Below, in pieces: positions 35,602-44,561 of a stretch of DNA of 64,000 bases; the first letter of the stretch is position 1, and each line of letters begins with the position of its first letter. Source of the DNA: an uncultured Anaerolineaceae bacterium (GTDB taxonomy: Bacteria > Chloroflexota > Anaerolineae > Anaerolineales > UBA4823); NCBI GenBank assembly GCA_964486825.1, contig CAZAQS010000002.1:100-64099 (forward strand), given 5' to 3'. Both the position numbers and the translations under genes were made by a program. Under the pieces are notes generated by a model, which saw nothing but the letters and a program-made list of their open reading frames with translations, had not been told where the DNA came from and made no database searches.

Positions 35602-37836
35602 TCAAGGAGTAGGGAGCACGCTCAAGGGATTGATATAACCGCCCGGGACTCGTACTTCAAAATGCAAATGCGCACCGGTCGAGTTGCCGGAATTGCCAGA
35701 CAGGCCGATCAGTTTGCTCTGTTCGACGCGCGCCCCACAATGGATGCTGACCTGGCTGAGGTGAGCGTATAGGGTCCGGTAGCCGTTGCCATGGTCGATC
35801 AATACGGCGTTCCCATAACCGACCTCGCCCGTCCAGCCCGCGAAAATAACCACTCCCGTGTCTGCGGCGTATACAGGGGAACCGGAGGGAGCGCTCAGAT
35901 CGAGTCCAGGATGACCGACCTTAAAATCTCCTCCCGAAAGCGCCTGGTACTGGCTGGGCCAGATGAACGTACCCGTGCCTTCAACACCTTCAAGCGTAAC
36001 CACACAGGAGGCCGACCCGGCAGTCAGGTCGGCTTTAGTTGGATCCCGGTAGATCTCGGGTGTGGGTATGCCAGGGAAGGGGTTCTCTGTAGGTGTGGCG
36101 GTCGGCTCTGCGACCGGCGTTTCCTGTAAGGCCTCTTCCGGGGTTGGCGCGGGGGTTTCGGTGGGTGCTTCCATGGGCAGCTCTTCCGGTGGTCTGGCAG
36201 TCGGGAGCAGCCCGGGGACGACCTCCTCGACCGGCTGTCCCATCGCTCCTAATGCGGCCTGGGCAATTTCCGCAAAAATCGGAGCAGCCACCTGGGAGCC
36301 TTCACCAGCATTTTCCACCAGAACCACGATCACTACGGATCGCTCGTGGTCTTCGGCAAAGCCCGTAAACCAGGCATGCGGAAGCTGGGAACCACCCACC
36401 TGGGCAGTGCCAGTTTTCCCTCCAACCGTCAAACCGGGCACGCTGGCTCGCCCCGCGCTGCCTTTCTCGACCACCGAAATCATCATCTGGCGCACGGTTT
36501 CAGCGGTATCCGGCTTCATGATGCCGCCAAGTACCTGTCCCTTCGCCTGTCCGTTGGACAGGCCACCGCCTGGTTCGCGTATGCTGTCAACAAAATACGG
36601 AATTGGCATATTGCCATCGTTCAGGACTGTCAGTAACACCATACCCATATTAAGGGGAGAGGTGAGCAGCTCACCCTGGCCGATGGCTGTCACAGCTCTC
36701 AGCAGGTTGTTATCGTATAAGCTGTTGATGTCCCTTGCCAGCACAGAGGGGGTATAGGAGATCTCGATTGGGTAGCGTTCACCCTCCGCCCGGCTGAATC
36801 CAAGCCGGGCAGCGTAATCCATCATTACCTCTGGAGGCATTTCGTCTCCGATGCGGGCAAAGGCTGCGTTGGCTGACTTTGCATAAGAGAGTTCGAGATC
36901 GAGGCGTGCTTCCCGGTGATTTGGATCGGGAATGACTCCCCCATCCACTTCATACACATAATAAATCCCTTCGGGCCCGGTGCGAGGTTCCCCGAAATCG
37001 AATACTGTCTCCGGCGTCACCTGCCCGGTATCCAACGACCCGATCAGGGAGACCGTTTTCCAGGTCGAGCCGGGTGTATAGGCACCTTGGGTAGCCCGGT
37101 TGACCAATGGGCCCCTGCACTCGGGCGCATCCCCGCAGCTTTCGAGCAGGCTGGCCAGGTAGCCTTCATTCAAGATCATGTTAGGGTCGAAGCGTGGTGC
37201 GCTGGCCATCGCTAAAACAGCCCCGCTTCGCCCGTCCAGAACGACGATTGCTCCCGCATGTCCCTGCAAGGCTCTTTCTGCGGCGCGTTGTACCTGGCTG
37301 TCAATGGTGAGTATGATATCGCTGCCTTTAATGGGCTGGTGCAGGATCTGCCCCAGGCGGGCGTCGATCCTGTTCAAGCCCAGGAGCGCCGTGTTATAGC
37401 TCAGCTCCAATCCTGTGATGCCGGTCCTCAGCCCGGAGGTGTAACCAATGACATGGGCCAGGGAGGGTTCTGTATAGAAGCGCAGCCTTTCTCCATCCTG
37501 GTTCTCACCATCGTAGGCCAGTAAACGTCCATTCCGGTCGTGGATCGAGCCGCGCGTGATCGTGGACAGCAAATCCATCGTCCGCTGGATGACGGGTTGC
37601 GGCAGGGAATTCAGCTCGGAAAGGCCGCCCCCTCCTGCCAGATAATCCGCGGCTTCCCGATCGCTTTGAGCTTGGCCTTCACCGGCATAGCTGGCTGCGG
37701 CTGCGATTGGGTCCAGCACCAACGGCGTCAGCTCACTCCCGCGCAACATCTGCCAGTATACAATCCGCAGGGTGAGCACGAGCAAGAGCAAGGCAAACAG
37801 GTTGCCGATATTCCAGATGCGCCTCTCCAGGATCAT
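35602..37836 (-). CDS. Penicillin-binding protein 2 (class B transpeptidase) fused to a C-terminal M23 (LytM-type) metalloendopeptidase
   Basis: TM anchor; SxxK (STWK), SxN (SAN) and KTG (KTGTAQ) motifs; Pro/Glu/Thr linker; then HPGLD (HxxxD) and HLHFE (HxH) M23 motifs; ATGA overlap with rodA. Confidence 0.9.
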   Translation of the reverse strand: MILERRIWNIGNLFALLLLVLTLRIVYWQMLRGSELTPLVLDPIAAAASYAGEGQAQSDREAADYLAGGGGLSELNSLPQPVIQRTMDLLSTITRGSIHDRNGRLLAYDGENQDGERLRFYTEPSLAHVIGYTSGLRTGITGLELSYNTALLGLNRIDARLGQILHQPIKGSDIILTIDSQVQRAAERALQGHAGAIVVLDGRSGAVLAMASAPRFDPNMILNEGYLASLLESCGDAPECRGPLVNRATQGAYTPGSTWKTVSLIGSLDTGQVTPETVFDFGEPRTGPEGIYYVYEVDGGVIPDPNHREARLDLELSYAKSANAAFARIGDEMPPEVMMDYAARLGFSRAEGERYPIEISYTPSVLARDINSLYDNNLLRAVTAIGQGELLTSPLNMGMVLLTVLNDGNMPIPYFVDSIREPGGGLSNGQAKGQVLGGIMKPDTAETVRQMMISVVEKGSAGRASVPGLTVGGKTGTAQVGGSQLPHAWFTGFAEDHERSVVIVVLVENAGEGSQVAAPIFAEIAQAALGAMGQPVEEVVPGLLPTARPPEELPMEAPTETPAPTPEEALQETPVAEPTATPTENPFPGIPTPEIYRDPTKADLTAGSASCVVTLEGVEGTGTFIWPSQYQALSGGDFKVGHPGLDLSAPSGSPVYAADTGVVIFAGWTGEVGYGNAVLIDHGNGYRTLYAHLSQVSIHCGARVEQSKLIGLSGNSGNSTGAHLHFEVRVPGGYINPLSVLPTP

Positions 37837-39230
37837 AGCAGCTGCATCTCCAGTCGTTGGGCGATCGCTAATACGATCCCGATTTCCATCATATTGATCA
37901 TTAGAGCTGCACCGCCCTGGCTGAGGAATGGGATTGTGACCCCGGTTAAAGGCATAATATTGAGGGTCCCGCCCACCATCACAAATACCTGGGTGAACAG
38001 GTGAATGCCTATCCCGATCAGGAGCAAGCGTTCGAAGACCTGGCCGCGTGGCAGCCGCATGGCTACTCTCAAGATTCTCAGGAGCAGGATAATGAAGAGT
38101 ACAAGGATGACGATGCCGGTTGCGGCGCCCATCTCCTCGATGATAGCAGCAAAGATAAAGTCGGACGAGGCCAGTGGCACGTAACCAGGGGAGCCGAAGC
38201 CCAGTCCAGTACCGGTGAGTCCGCCGGCAACGATAGCGTAGATGGCCTGTTGGATTTGGTAGCCTGGCCCTTCAGCGATGGTGATCCCGGTGGGACGGCC
38301 GTCGATGATGATCTCAGCTGTGCTCCAGGGGTCAACGAAGGCGATGAAACGGTGCTGGATCACCGTTGGTATCTCCCAGGTGAAGGCCAGTACCAGGCCC
38401 ACCAACAGCGCCAGGATCAAGCCAATCCCCGCGATGGTTGCGAACAGGCGAGTTTCGAATCCGGCGTACAGCATGGTTACGAAGAGAAATCCTAAGATCA
38501 GCACGGCGCCGAAATCGGACATTTGAACCAGGGCCAGGGTAGCCATGGACACAAACAAGATTCCCGGAATGAAGTGGCGAATGGCCGGCATGCGCAGCCA
38601 TCCCAAGACCACCCGGGCGCGCCCCTCAACCTGTTCGCCCTCGCGGTCGACGAACCAGGCCAGGAAGATCACCAGGGCTATCTTGATCATCTCAGAAGTC
38701 TGAATGGCTGGCAGCGGTCCCAGCTTTAAAGCCAGCCGGGCGCCAGTCTCATCCACAACCCCGAACAGGGCGGTTGCAAAAGGCAGCAATAATCCGAACA
38801 CGCTGATCGGGAGAGTCCAGCGCCGGACCTGCTCGACCAACTGAGGCTTCAGGATAAAAGCACTGGCGATGGCTAACCCAGGAAGAAAACCGCGCAGGAT
38901 CTGCTGCCAGACCCCTTCTGAGCCTCTCAACCGGAAGATCATTGCCAGGCCAATGGCGAGCAGGATGCCGACGATGGGCAGGATGATCTGTTCGATCTCT
39001 ACCCGGCGCATCCGCATGAAGACATGCAGGCAGACCAGGCCGGCAACCACCAGCAGCGGTGGTATCATGTCAGCCAGCGTCGCCCCGCTAATGGAAAGCA
39101 GAGGGTCGATCCCCTGGCGTACCTGGATTGCGGCCGCCACCAAAAGGTAGCTCAGGATGGCGATCAGGCTGGTGAAAACCAGTAGCAGCGCTTCTGATTG
39201 GCGGTAGGATCGTTGGTAGGATCTTTGCAT
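37833..39230 (-). CDS. rodA: SEDS-family peptidoglycan polymerase RodA/FtsW
   Basis: 465 aa, about 10 TM; FtsW/RodA/SpoVE-type C-terminal motif ...GVTIPFLSQGGAAL; paired with PBP2. Confidence 0.9.
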   Translation of the reverse strand: MQRSYQRSYRQSEALLLVFTSLIAILSYLLVAAAIQVRQGIDPLLSISGATLADMIPPLLVVAGLVCLHVFMRMRRVEIEQIILPIVGILLAIGLAMIFRLRGSEGVWQQILRGFLPGLAIASAFILKPQLVEQVRRWTLPISVFGLLLPFATALFGVVDETGARLALKLGPLPAIQTSEMIKIALVIFLAWFVDREGEQVEGRARVVLGWLRMPAIRHFIPGILFVSMATLALVQMSDFGAVLILGFLFVTMLYAGFETRLFATIAGIGLILALLVGLVLAFTWEIPTVIQHRFIAFVDPWSTAEIIIDGRPTGITIAEGPGYQIQQAIYAIVAGGLTGTGLGFGSPGYVPLASSDFIFAAIIEEMGAATGIVILVLFIILLLRILRVAMRLPRGQVFERLLLIGIGIHLFTQVFVMVGGTLNIMPLTGVTIPFLSQGGAALMINMMEIGIVLAIAQRLEMQLL

Positions 39231-39232
39231 GG

Positions 39233-39688
39233 TCAGTCAAGCAACTCGAAGATCATGTCTCCAGCCTGCAGGTGAGAGCCAACCGGCAGTAGCTGCCTTG
39301 TCTTCGGGGTGCAGCGGATCAGATTGATAAATGTGCCGTTACGGCTGCCCAGGTCTTCCACCCACCAGTTTGCCCCGTCCCACTGTAAGCGGGCATGATG
39401 GCGTGAAATGTATTTGTCTTTGAAGACGAGGTCATTATTGATTTCCGAGCCAAAGCAGGTATCTGGTTTGAGGTTTATGGTATCCCCTGTCCGTGACTTC
39501 AGATCGCTGCCCGGGTTGATGATCTTCAAACGACCTGGGACTACCGAAGTGGACACCTGGTTCTGCCCAAGATGCAAAGAGACTTCTCTCCGGACTGCCA
39601 TTAACAGCAGGAATAAGACGAAATAGATCAGCCCGATCAATACCCATTTCAGGGCGAATAAGAGGGAGTTCCAGGCCAGGAAATCCAT
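39233..39688 (-). CDS. Membrane-anchored FHA-domain protein (FhaB-like)
   Basis: N-terminal TM; FHA core GSE...VFKDKYISRHHARL...WWVEDLGSRNGTFIN; TGATG junction with the upstream gene. Confidence 0.8.
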   Translation of the reverse strand: MDFLAWNSLLFALKWVLIGLIYFVLFLLLMAVRREVSLHLGQNQVSTSVVPGRLKIINPGSDLKSRTGDTINLKPDTCFGSEINNDLVFKDKYISRHHARLQWDGANWWVEDLGSRNGTFINLIRCTPKTRQLLPVGSHLQAGDMIFELLD

Positions 39689-40494
39689 CAGGAGCAATCC
39701 CGGTTGAACCGAAAGCTTGCTACTCCTGGCGTATCCGGCCGGGGATGCTCAGGATCGAGGGCAGCCAGGGTGATTTGGTCGCCATCCTGGAGCAATTGAC
39801 CTTCGGGTGGTACCGGGACTCCATTGATATATGTTCCGTTCGTTGAAGGTTTCCCGTTCGGAGACCCATCAAATAGCCGCCAACTGGTCTCGTCATTGGT
39901 GATATAGGCGTGCTGTCCGCTTATCAGTCGCTTTTCCTGGACATCCGCTCGAGTCAGGTGGATCTCGCTGGTTTTTTCTCGCCCTATCGTGGTGATTCCT
40001 GGCGCCAGGTACCAGCGCTGCCCGTTGCTGATCAGCTCCAGGCAAGCCGGGAGGACGGCAGGTGGAGGCTGGACCGGGGCGCTTTCTGGCTGGATGCAAG
40101 ACAGGATGCGGGCCTGAGAGTCGGTCAGGTCAGGGACAGGCCTTATCGCGATGGTAATCGGTCCCCCAAAACGGTATTCTTTGCGTCCCATCCGGCTGTT
40201 GGTGGTCATCAGGTGTTCCAGCAACTTGTCTGCCCACTGCTTCAAGACCCTCTCTTCGATCGGGTGGTATCTGCGGGCATAGTTATCCTGTCCCAGCTCG
40301 ACCAGGTAACGGTTGGGTACGATCTTGTTATAGTTGACATCCTCCAGGAGATTTTCCCGCGCCAGCATAACGCTCATTAGAGCTTCGCTCAACTCTGCCG
40401 GACGTAGAGGACCCTTGCTCCAGCGCAGGCGGGGTTGGATCAGCCTGCTTCGCCACCGGTTATCATTTCTCTCAGTTTGCATGCTGTTTACCAT
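39688..40494 (-). CDS. FhaA-like protein (DUF3662-like N-domain plus FHA domain)
   Basis: N-terminal PAELSEALMSVMLARENLL...VPNRYLVEL pattern; C-terminal FHA TTIGRE...ISGQHAYI...LFDGSPNGKPSTNGTYING; start uncertain (40494 or 40482). Confidence 0.78.
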   Translation of the reverse strand: MVNSMQTERNDNRWRSRLIQPRLRWSKGPLRPAELSEALMSVMLARENLLEDVNYNKIVPNRYLVELGQDNYARRYHPIEERVLKQWADKLLEHLMTTNSRMGRKEYRFGGPITIAIRPVPDLTDSQARILSCIQPESAPVQPPPAVLPACLELISNGQRWYLAPGITTIGREKTSEIHLTRADVQEKRLISGQHAYITNDETSWRLFDGSPNGKPSTNGTYINGVPVPPEGQLLQDGDQITLAALDPEHPRPDTPGVASFRFNRDCS

Positions 40495-41155
40495 TAATCT
40501 CAACTTTCAAGACCGATATTCCAATCCGTACCTGGTCTCCTGTTTTCAAGCATTCGTCACCGATAGTTTGGCCGTTCACTTGCGTGCCATGGCTGCTCTT
40601 CAAATCCATGACGTACAGCTCCCCGGCGCGCTCGTAAAGCTCAGCGTGCCGCCGGGAGACACCCAGATCATTGTCCAGGCGGATGAAGGATTGCGAGCCC
40701 CTACCGATCAAGGCAGGCAGCTTCCGCAGACTGAAAACCTCCCCTGTATGAGGGCCTTCGATTATCGATATTGTGTAATCCTGGGAAGCCTTACGGAGGG
40801 TGCGTTCATCCACAGACGCCTTACGCTCTACTGGATGGGCTGGTTTTGGCGGGACGGCTGCCATGACGGTATACTGGCGCTGCTCTGCTGGCCTGGGTAG
40901 GGTAGAGCCGCGCGGTTCAAGTGCTCCTAACGATCCAGGGGAGATAAAACGCGACAGGCCGCGCGCGAATAGATAAGCTAGAAAACCAATCAAAGGCAGC
41001 AACGCTGCCAGCAATACCCAGATAAATTGTTCGCCTCCGGAAATCCCCCGGCGGTTTGAATCCAGGTAGACATATGCGATGGATAAAGCCCATACGAGCA
41101 TGGCTGCCAGGGCGCCTGCTGCGATCCAGATAATTTGGGAAATTTGTTCAGGCAT
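40472..41155 (-). CDS. PLDc_N-like 2-TM domain plus FHA domain protein
   Basis: N-terminal AYVYLDSNRRG...WVLLAALLPLIGFLAYL; C-terminal FHA LIGRGSQSFIRLDNDLGVSRRHAEL...YVMDLKSSHGTQVNG. Confidence 0.75.
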   Translation of the reverse strand: MPEQISQIIWIAAGALAAMLVWALSIAYVYLDSNRRGISGGEQFIWVLLAALLPLIGFLAYLFARGLSRFISPGSLGALEPRGSTLPRPAEQRQYTVMAAVPPKPAHPVERKASVDERTLRKASQDYTISIIEGPHTGEVFSLRKLPALIGRGSQSFIRLDNDLGVSRRHAELYERAGELYVMDLKSSHGTQVNGQTIGDECLKTGDQVRIGISVLKVEINGKQHAN

Positions 41156-41285
41156 TTCGTTGTTCAATTCTAAAGCATATAATTAAATTCTACCTGAAAA
41201 ATCGATCTCTCTACATCTAAGTATTGGTAAATGTGCTTACCATAGGTGTTATTAAAGCAGCCTATTGGGTATAAGTCAACCATCT

Positions 41286-41314
41286 TTGACCTGGCTCTCG
41301 AATTTGGTTATAGA
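41286..41314 (+). promoter_or_regulatory. Possible promoter of the Ser/Thr kinase gene
   Basis: TTGACC, a 17-nt spacer, then TATAGA. Confidence 0.3.
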
Positions 41315-41415
41315 ATAATACGACACAGATCAAATGCTTTCAACCTGGTAAGGTTGGCCAAAGAAACCAATCCGCCTCGCTTGCCCACATCTTAGGAGTA
41401 TGGCATAATGGAAAA

Positions 41416-43164
41416 ATGCCACCAATTGACACCCTGATCGGCCACCAGTTGGCCAATTTCCGGATCGAGCGGCTTCTAGGCCGGGGGGGCATGGCCAAGG
41501 TCTATTACGGTTGGGATGTCAAGCTGGAGCGACCTGTCGCTGTAAAGGTCATCGACGAGCGCTACCGGGGAGACCACGCCTATACAGATCGTTTCGTACG
41601 AGAAGCACGCGCCGTAGCAAGCTGGAACCATCCCAATATATTGCAGGTATACCATGCGGGAGATGAGAATGGTATTTATTATTTTGCCATGGAATATGTG
41701 CGCGGCTTGGACCTGGGGAAGATCATCCAGCATTACGCAGATGCCGGTGAGCTCTTACCGCTGGCGGACGTGCTTAAGGTGGGCCGCGCGGTTGCAAATG
41801 CCTTAGATTACGCGCATCATATGGGCGTGGTTCACCGCGATATCAAACCCTCCAATGTGCTTGTTTCAGAAGATGAGCGGGTCGTTTTGGCCGATTTTGG
41901 CCTGGCCTTGACCGTAAGCCAGGGCACCGTCGGAGAGGTGTTCGGCAGTCCCCATTATATCTCCCCTGAGCAGGCGCGCAATTCTGCTGAAGCGGTGCCT
42001 CAATCGGATCTGTACTCCTTGGGGGTGATGCTTTACGAGATGCTGGTGGGGGCATTGCCCTTTGACGATCCTTCTCCCGCCTCGCTGGCGCTGATGCACC
42101 TTACCCAGGAGCCACCCGCACCACGCACGATTAACCCAGAGATTAGTCCAGCCGTACAGACCGTATTGCTAAAAGCCCTGCGCAAGTTGCCGGCTGAGCG
42201 TTACCAGACAGGCCGGGAGCTGGTGGATGCCCTCGAGCGGGCTTTGATGGAAGGTTTGCCTGCCGACACCCAACCGGTTACCATGCCTGTGCTTGTTGGT
42301 GAGGCGCCCTCCGTAGTTCCACGCACCCTCTCGAAAGTATCCGTAGCGGAGAGAGTCACGGCTTCCATCCTGGCAACCCCACCACCCACGGCCCCGGGAA
42401 AAGCAAGCCCAGCGCCGCCTGGAAACCGCCCTACCACTGGCTCCCTGTTGAGTAGCCCTTTTACGAAAGCCGGAGCAGGTTGCACGATCGTAGCTCTACT
42501 GGCAGCCTTCTTTTTGATCGTTGTCGCTGCCTCAGCCCTGATCCGGGGGGCCAGCCGGGCGGAGGCAACCCCTCCTTCGGCGGTCTCACTGGCTTCGGAG
42601 TCAGCTCCCTTGCCCACCATTTCCCGGACCCCGGATCTATCCACAAACCTAGGCCCTACCTTGCCTGTCGTGTTCCCTCCCGATCATAATCCAACCGCCT
42701 CTCCAACCACCACATTCTCACCAACGCCTACCCAGACCCCCTCGCCTACATCAACATTCACTTCCACACCTACTGCCACGCCCACCAATACCCCGACACG
42801 GGAATTGAACCTGGAGATCAACCTGCTGCTTGCGAAATATAAGGATGACAGTCTTCTCGTGGTTAACCGCAGCTCAACTCCGCTGCCTCTCGAGCCGCTG
42901 TTGCTCTCCAATAGCATTGGAGGGGTTTCAGGAGAAGCCTGGGGAATAAGCACCCTAAATCGGGGTGAGTGTGTAGCGGTCTGGAAGGATACCGGCCGAC
43001 CGAAACGGGCAGACGATGTAGAGTGTAAAATTGTCGGTAAGCGGCTGGTGCGCGAGGCTGGCAAGCGTTTCTGGACATCGACTTACAAAGTTTATTATGA
43101 TGAAATAGAAATCGGCTCCTGTAGCTCCTCTAAAGATGAGTGCCGGTTACAATATCCAGATTAA
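41416..43164 (+). CDS. Hanks-type Ser/Thr protein kinase with TM and a Cys-containing extracytoplasmic domain (no PASTA repeats seen)
   Basis: GRGGMAKVY...VAVK; HRDIKPSNVL; DFGLA; SPEQ; TM CTIVALLAAFFLIVVAASALI; Pro/Thr linker. Confidence 0.92.
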   Translation: MPPIDTLIGHQLANFRIERLLGRGGMAKVYYGWDVKLERPVAVKVIDERYRGDHAYTDRFVREARAVASWNHPNILQVYHAGDENGIYYFAMEYVRGLDLGKIIQHYADAGELLPLADVLKVGRAVANALDYAHHMGVVHRDIKPSNVLVSEDERVVLADFGLALTVSQGTVGEVFGSPHYISPEQARNSAEAVPQSDLYSLGVMLYEMLVGALPFDDPSPASLALMHLTQEPPAPRTINPEISPAVQTVLLKALRKLPAERYQTGRELVDALERALMEGLPADTQPVTMPVLVGEAPSVVPRTLSKVSVAERVTASILATPPPTAPGKASPAPPGNRPTTGSLLSSPFTKAGAGCTIVALLAAFFLIVVAASALIRGASRAEATPPSAVSLASESAPLPTISRTPDLSTNLGPTLPVVFPPDHNPTASPTTTFSPTPTQTPSPTSTFTSTPTATPTNTPTRELNLEINLLLAKYKDDSLLVVNRSSTPLPLEPLLLSNSIGGVSGEAWGISTLNRGECVAVWKDTGRPKRADDVECKIVGKRLVREAGKRFWTSTYKVYYDEIEIGSCSSSKDECRLQYPD

Positions 43165-43364
43165 CCTTTTCCTACTCGTACGTACAGTTTTCCTTCTTCT
43201 CCCAAGCTATCCAGGTTATTGTCTCACTTTTTGTGCTAGTATCTGTACGATGTACTTGCACCTTTTTGGTCAGGTATATCTTATTATTGCCTATGGTTGC
43301 TTGAGGGCAGTAGAGCCGGGAATTTAGCGGTTAATGGAATTTCAGGAGGTGTTGAGGAAAGTTG

Positions 43365-43841
43365 ATGGCTGGTTTCTCAGATTTCGGTATAAAAAATCCT
43401 GACGACAGGCAAAACTCTTGGAATAAAGTTCTAGAGTTTTCTTTAAAGGCCATTCCCGGCTATGATCTGCGTGCGGTCGAGAAAATCGCTGCTCTCCTTA
43501 GCAGCTATGAGCTCCGTCCCAACCGTTTATCTAAGCTCAAAGAAGCCGTTCGAGTAGCAGCGAGCAAATTGATCGAAGATGCTTCGTTATTTACCGGCGA
43601 TCAAATGATAAATTTCCAAGTGCTCTTATCGGACGTGGTCGTTGCTTTGCATCCCCATCTTGAGCCGGTGAACGATGAGTCTACCAAGCTTGGTTGGGGC
43701 TTTTTCCTGGTTCAAATTCTGGATGGAGCACAATCCGGGTTGGAGACCAGGGAATCCGGCCACCTGTTACGGTTATATATTTATGTAGAAGGAGATCAGG
43801 CGAGTACCCCTCAAAGTAGCTTCAGAACATTGAATGAATGA
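43365..43841 (+). CDS. Hypothetical protein, possibly a degenerate RsbW/SpoIIAB-like GHKL fold
   Basis: 158 aa; GAGGA RBS; KLGWGFFLVQILDG resembles the G2-box region of anti-sigma kinases, but the N-box Asn is not evident. Confidence 0.5.
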   Translation: MAGFSDFGIKNPDDRQNSWNKVLEFSLKAIPGYDLRAVEKIAALLSSYELRPNRLSKLKEAVRVAASKLIEDASLFTGDQMINFQVLLSDVVVALHPHLEPVNDESTKLGWGFFLVQILDGAQSGLETRESGHLLRLYIYVEGDQASTPQSSFRTLNE

Positions 43842-43864
43842 TCGGGAACAGGATAAGCTAATAC

Positions 43865-43907
43865 GATAAACCGCACCGGCAGCTTATTTCGGCCTGTGCG
43901 GTTTATC
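43865..43907. terminator. Bidirectional terminator between convergent genes
   Basis: 12-bp perfect stem GATAAACCGCAC / GTGCGGTTTATC. Confidence 0.7.
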
Positions 43908-43927
43908 ATGAATGATTTGGGAAAAAA

Positions 43928-44551
43928 TTAAGACCGCGCCAGTACCTGCTCCAAGACTGCCCCGGATCTGGCCTCGATCTCGGCGTGCAAGCTACTGCCG
44001 TGCGAATCCATGGTAACGACAACCGGAAAATCTTTGACCTCGATCACCCAGATCGCTTCCGGTACGCCAAAGGTCATTTTGTACACTCCCAATACTCGCT
44101 CCACGGTTTGGGCTATCAGGGAGGCTGCCCCACCCACCGCATGCAGGTAGGCCCCGGGGACTTCCTGGCAGGCAGCCAATGTTTTCGCTCCCATGCCGCC
44201 TTTGCCGATGACGCCTTTGATATTGAAATGGCGCATGATCTCTCCCTGGTATGGCTCCTCGCGAATGCTGGTGGTGGGCCCGGCTGCTACGAAGCGGTAA
44301 TCCCCGCCTTCCAGGCCAGAAACCACCGGCCCACAGTGGTAAATGATCCCACCATCCAACAGAGGCAGGACCGATTCGTACACTTCTAAATCATCTCCCT
44401 CAGGAGCTCGGGTTTTCTTAATAAAAGTGTCATACAACCACTTATGCACCGAATCCCGTCCGGTCAGCATGACGCCGCTCAACAAGACCGGCTCGCCTAC
44501 TTTAAGGCCGCGGACCACCTGGTCGCTCATTGGTAGCTTCACCTGTCGCAT
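43928..44551 (-). CDS. Class I (Fe-S) fumarate hydratase / tartrate dehydratase, beta subunit
   Basis: 207 aa; FumA C-terminal/TtdB-type sequence (GPTTS...IKGVIGKGGM). Confidence 0.87.
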   Translation of the reverse strand: MRQVKLPMSDQVVRGLKVGEPVLLSGVMLTGRDSVHKWLYDTFIKKTRAPEGDDLEVYESVLPLLDGGIIYHCGPVVSGLEGGDYRFVAAGPTTSIREEPYQGEIMRHFNIKGVIGKGGMGAKTLAACQEVPGAYLHAVGGAASLIAQTVERVLGVYKMTFGVPEAIWVIEVKDFPVVVTMDSHGSSLHAEIEARSGAVLEQVLARS

Positions 44552-44561
44552 TCCGCCCTCC

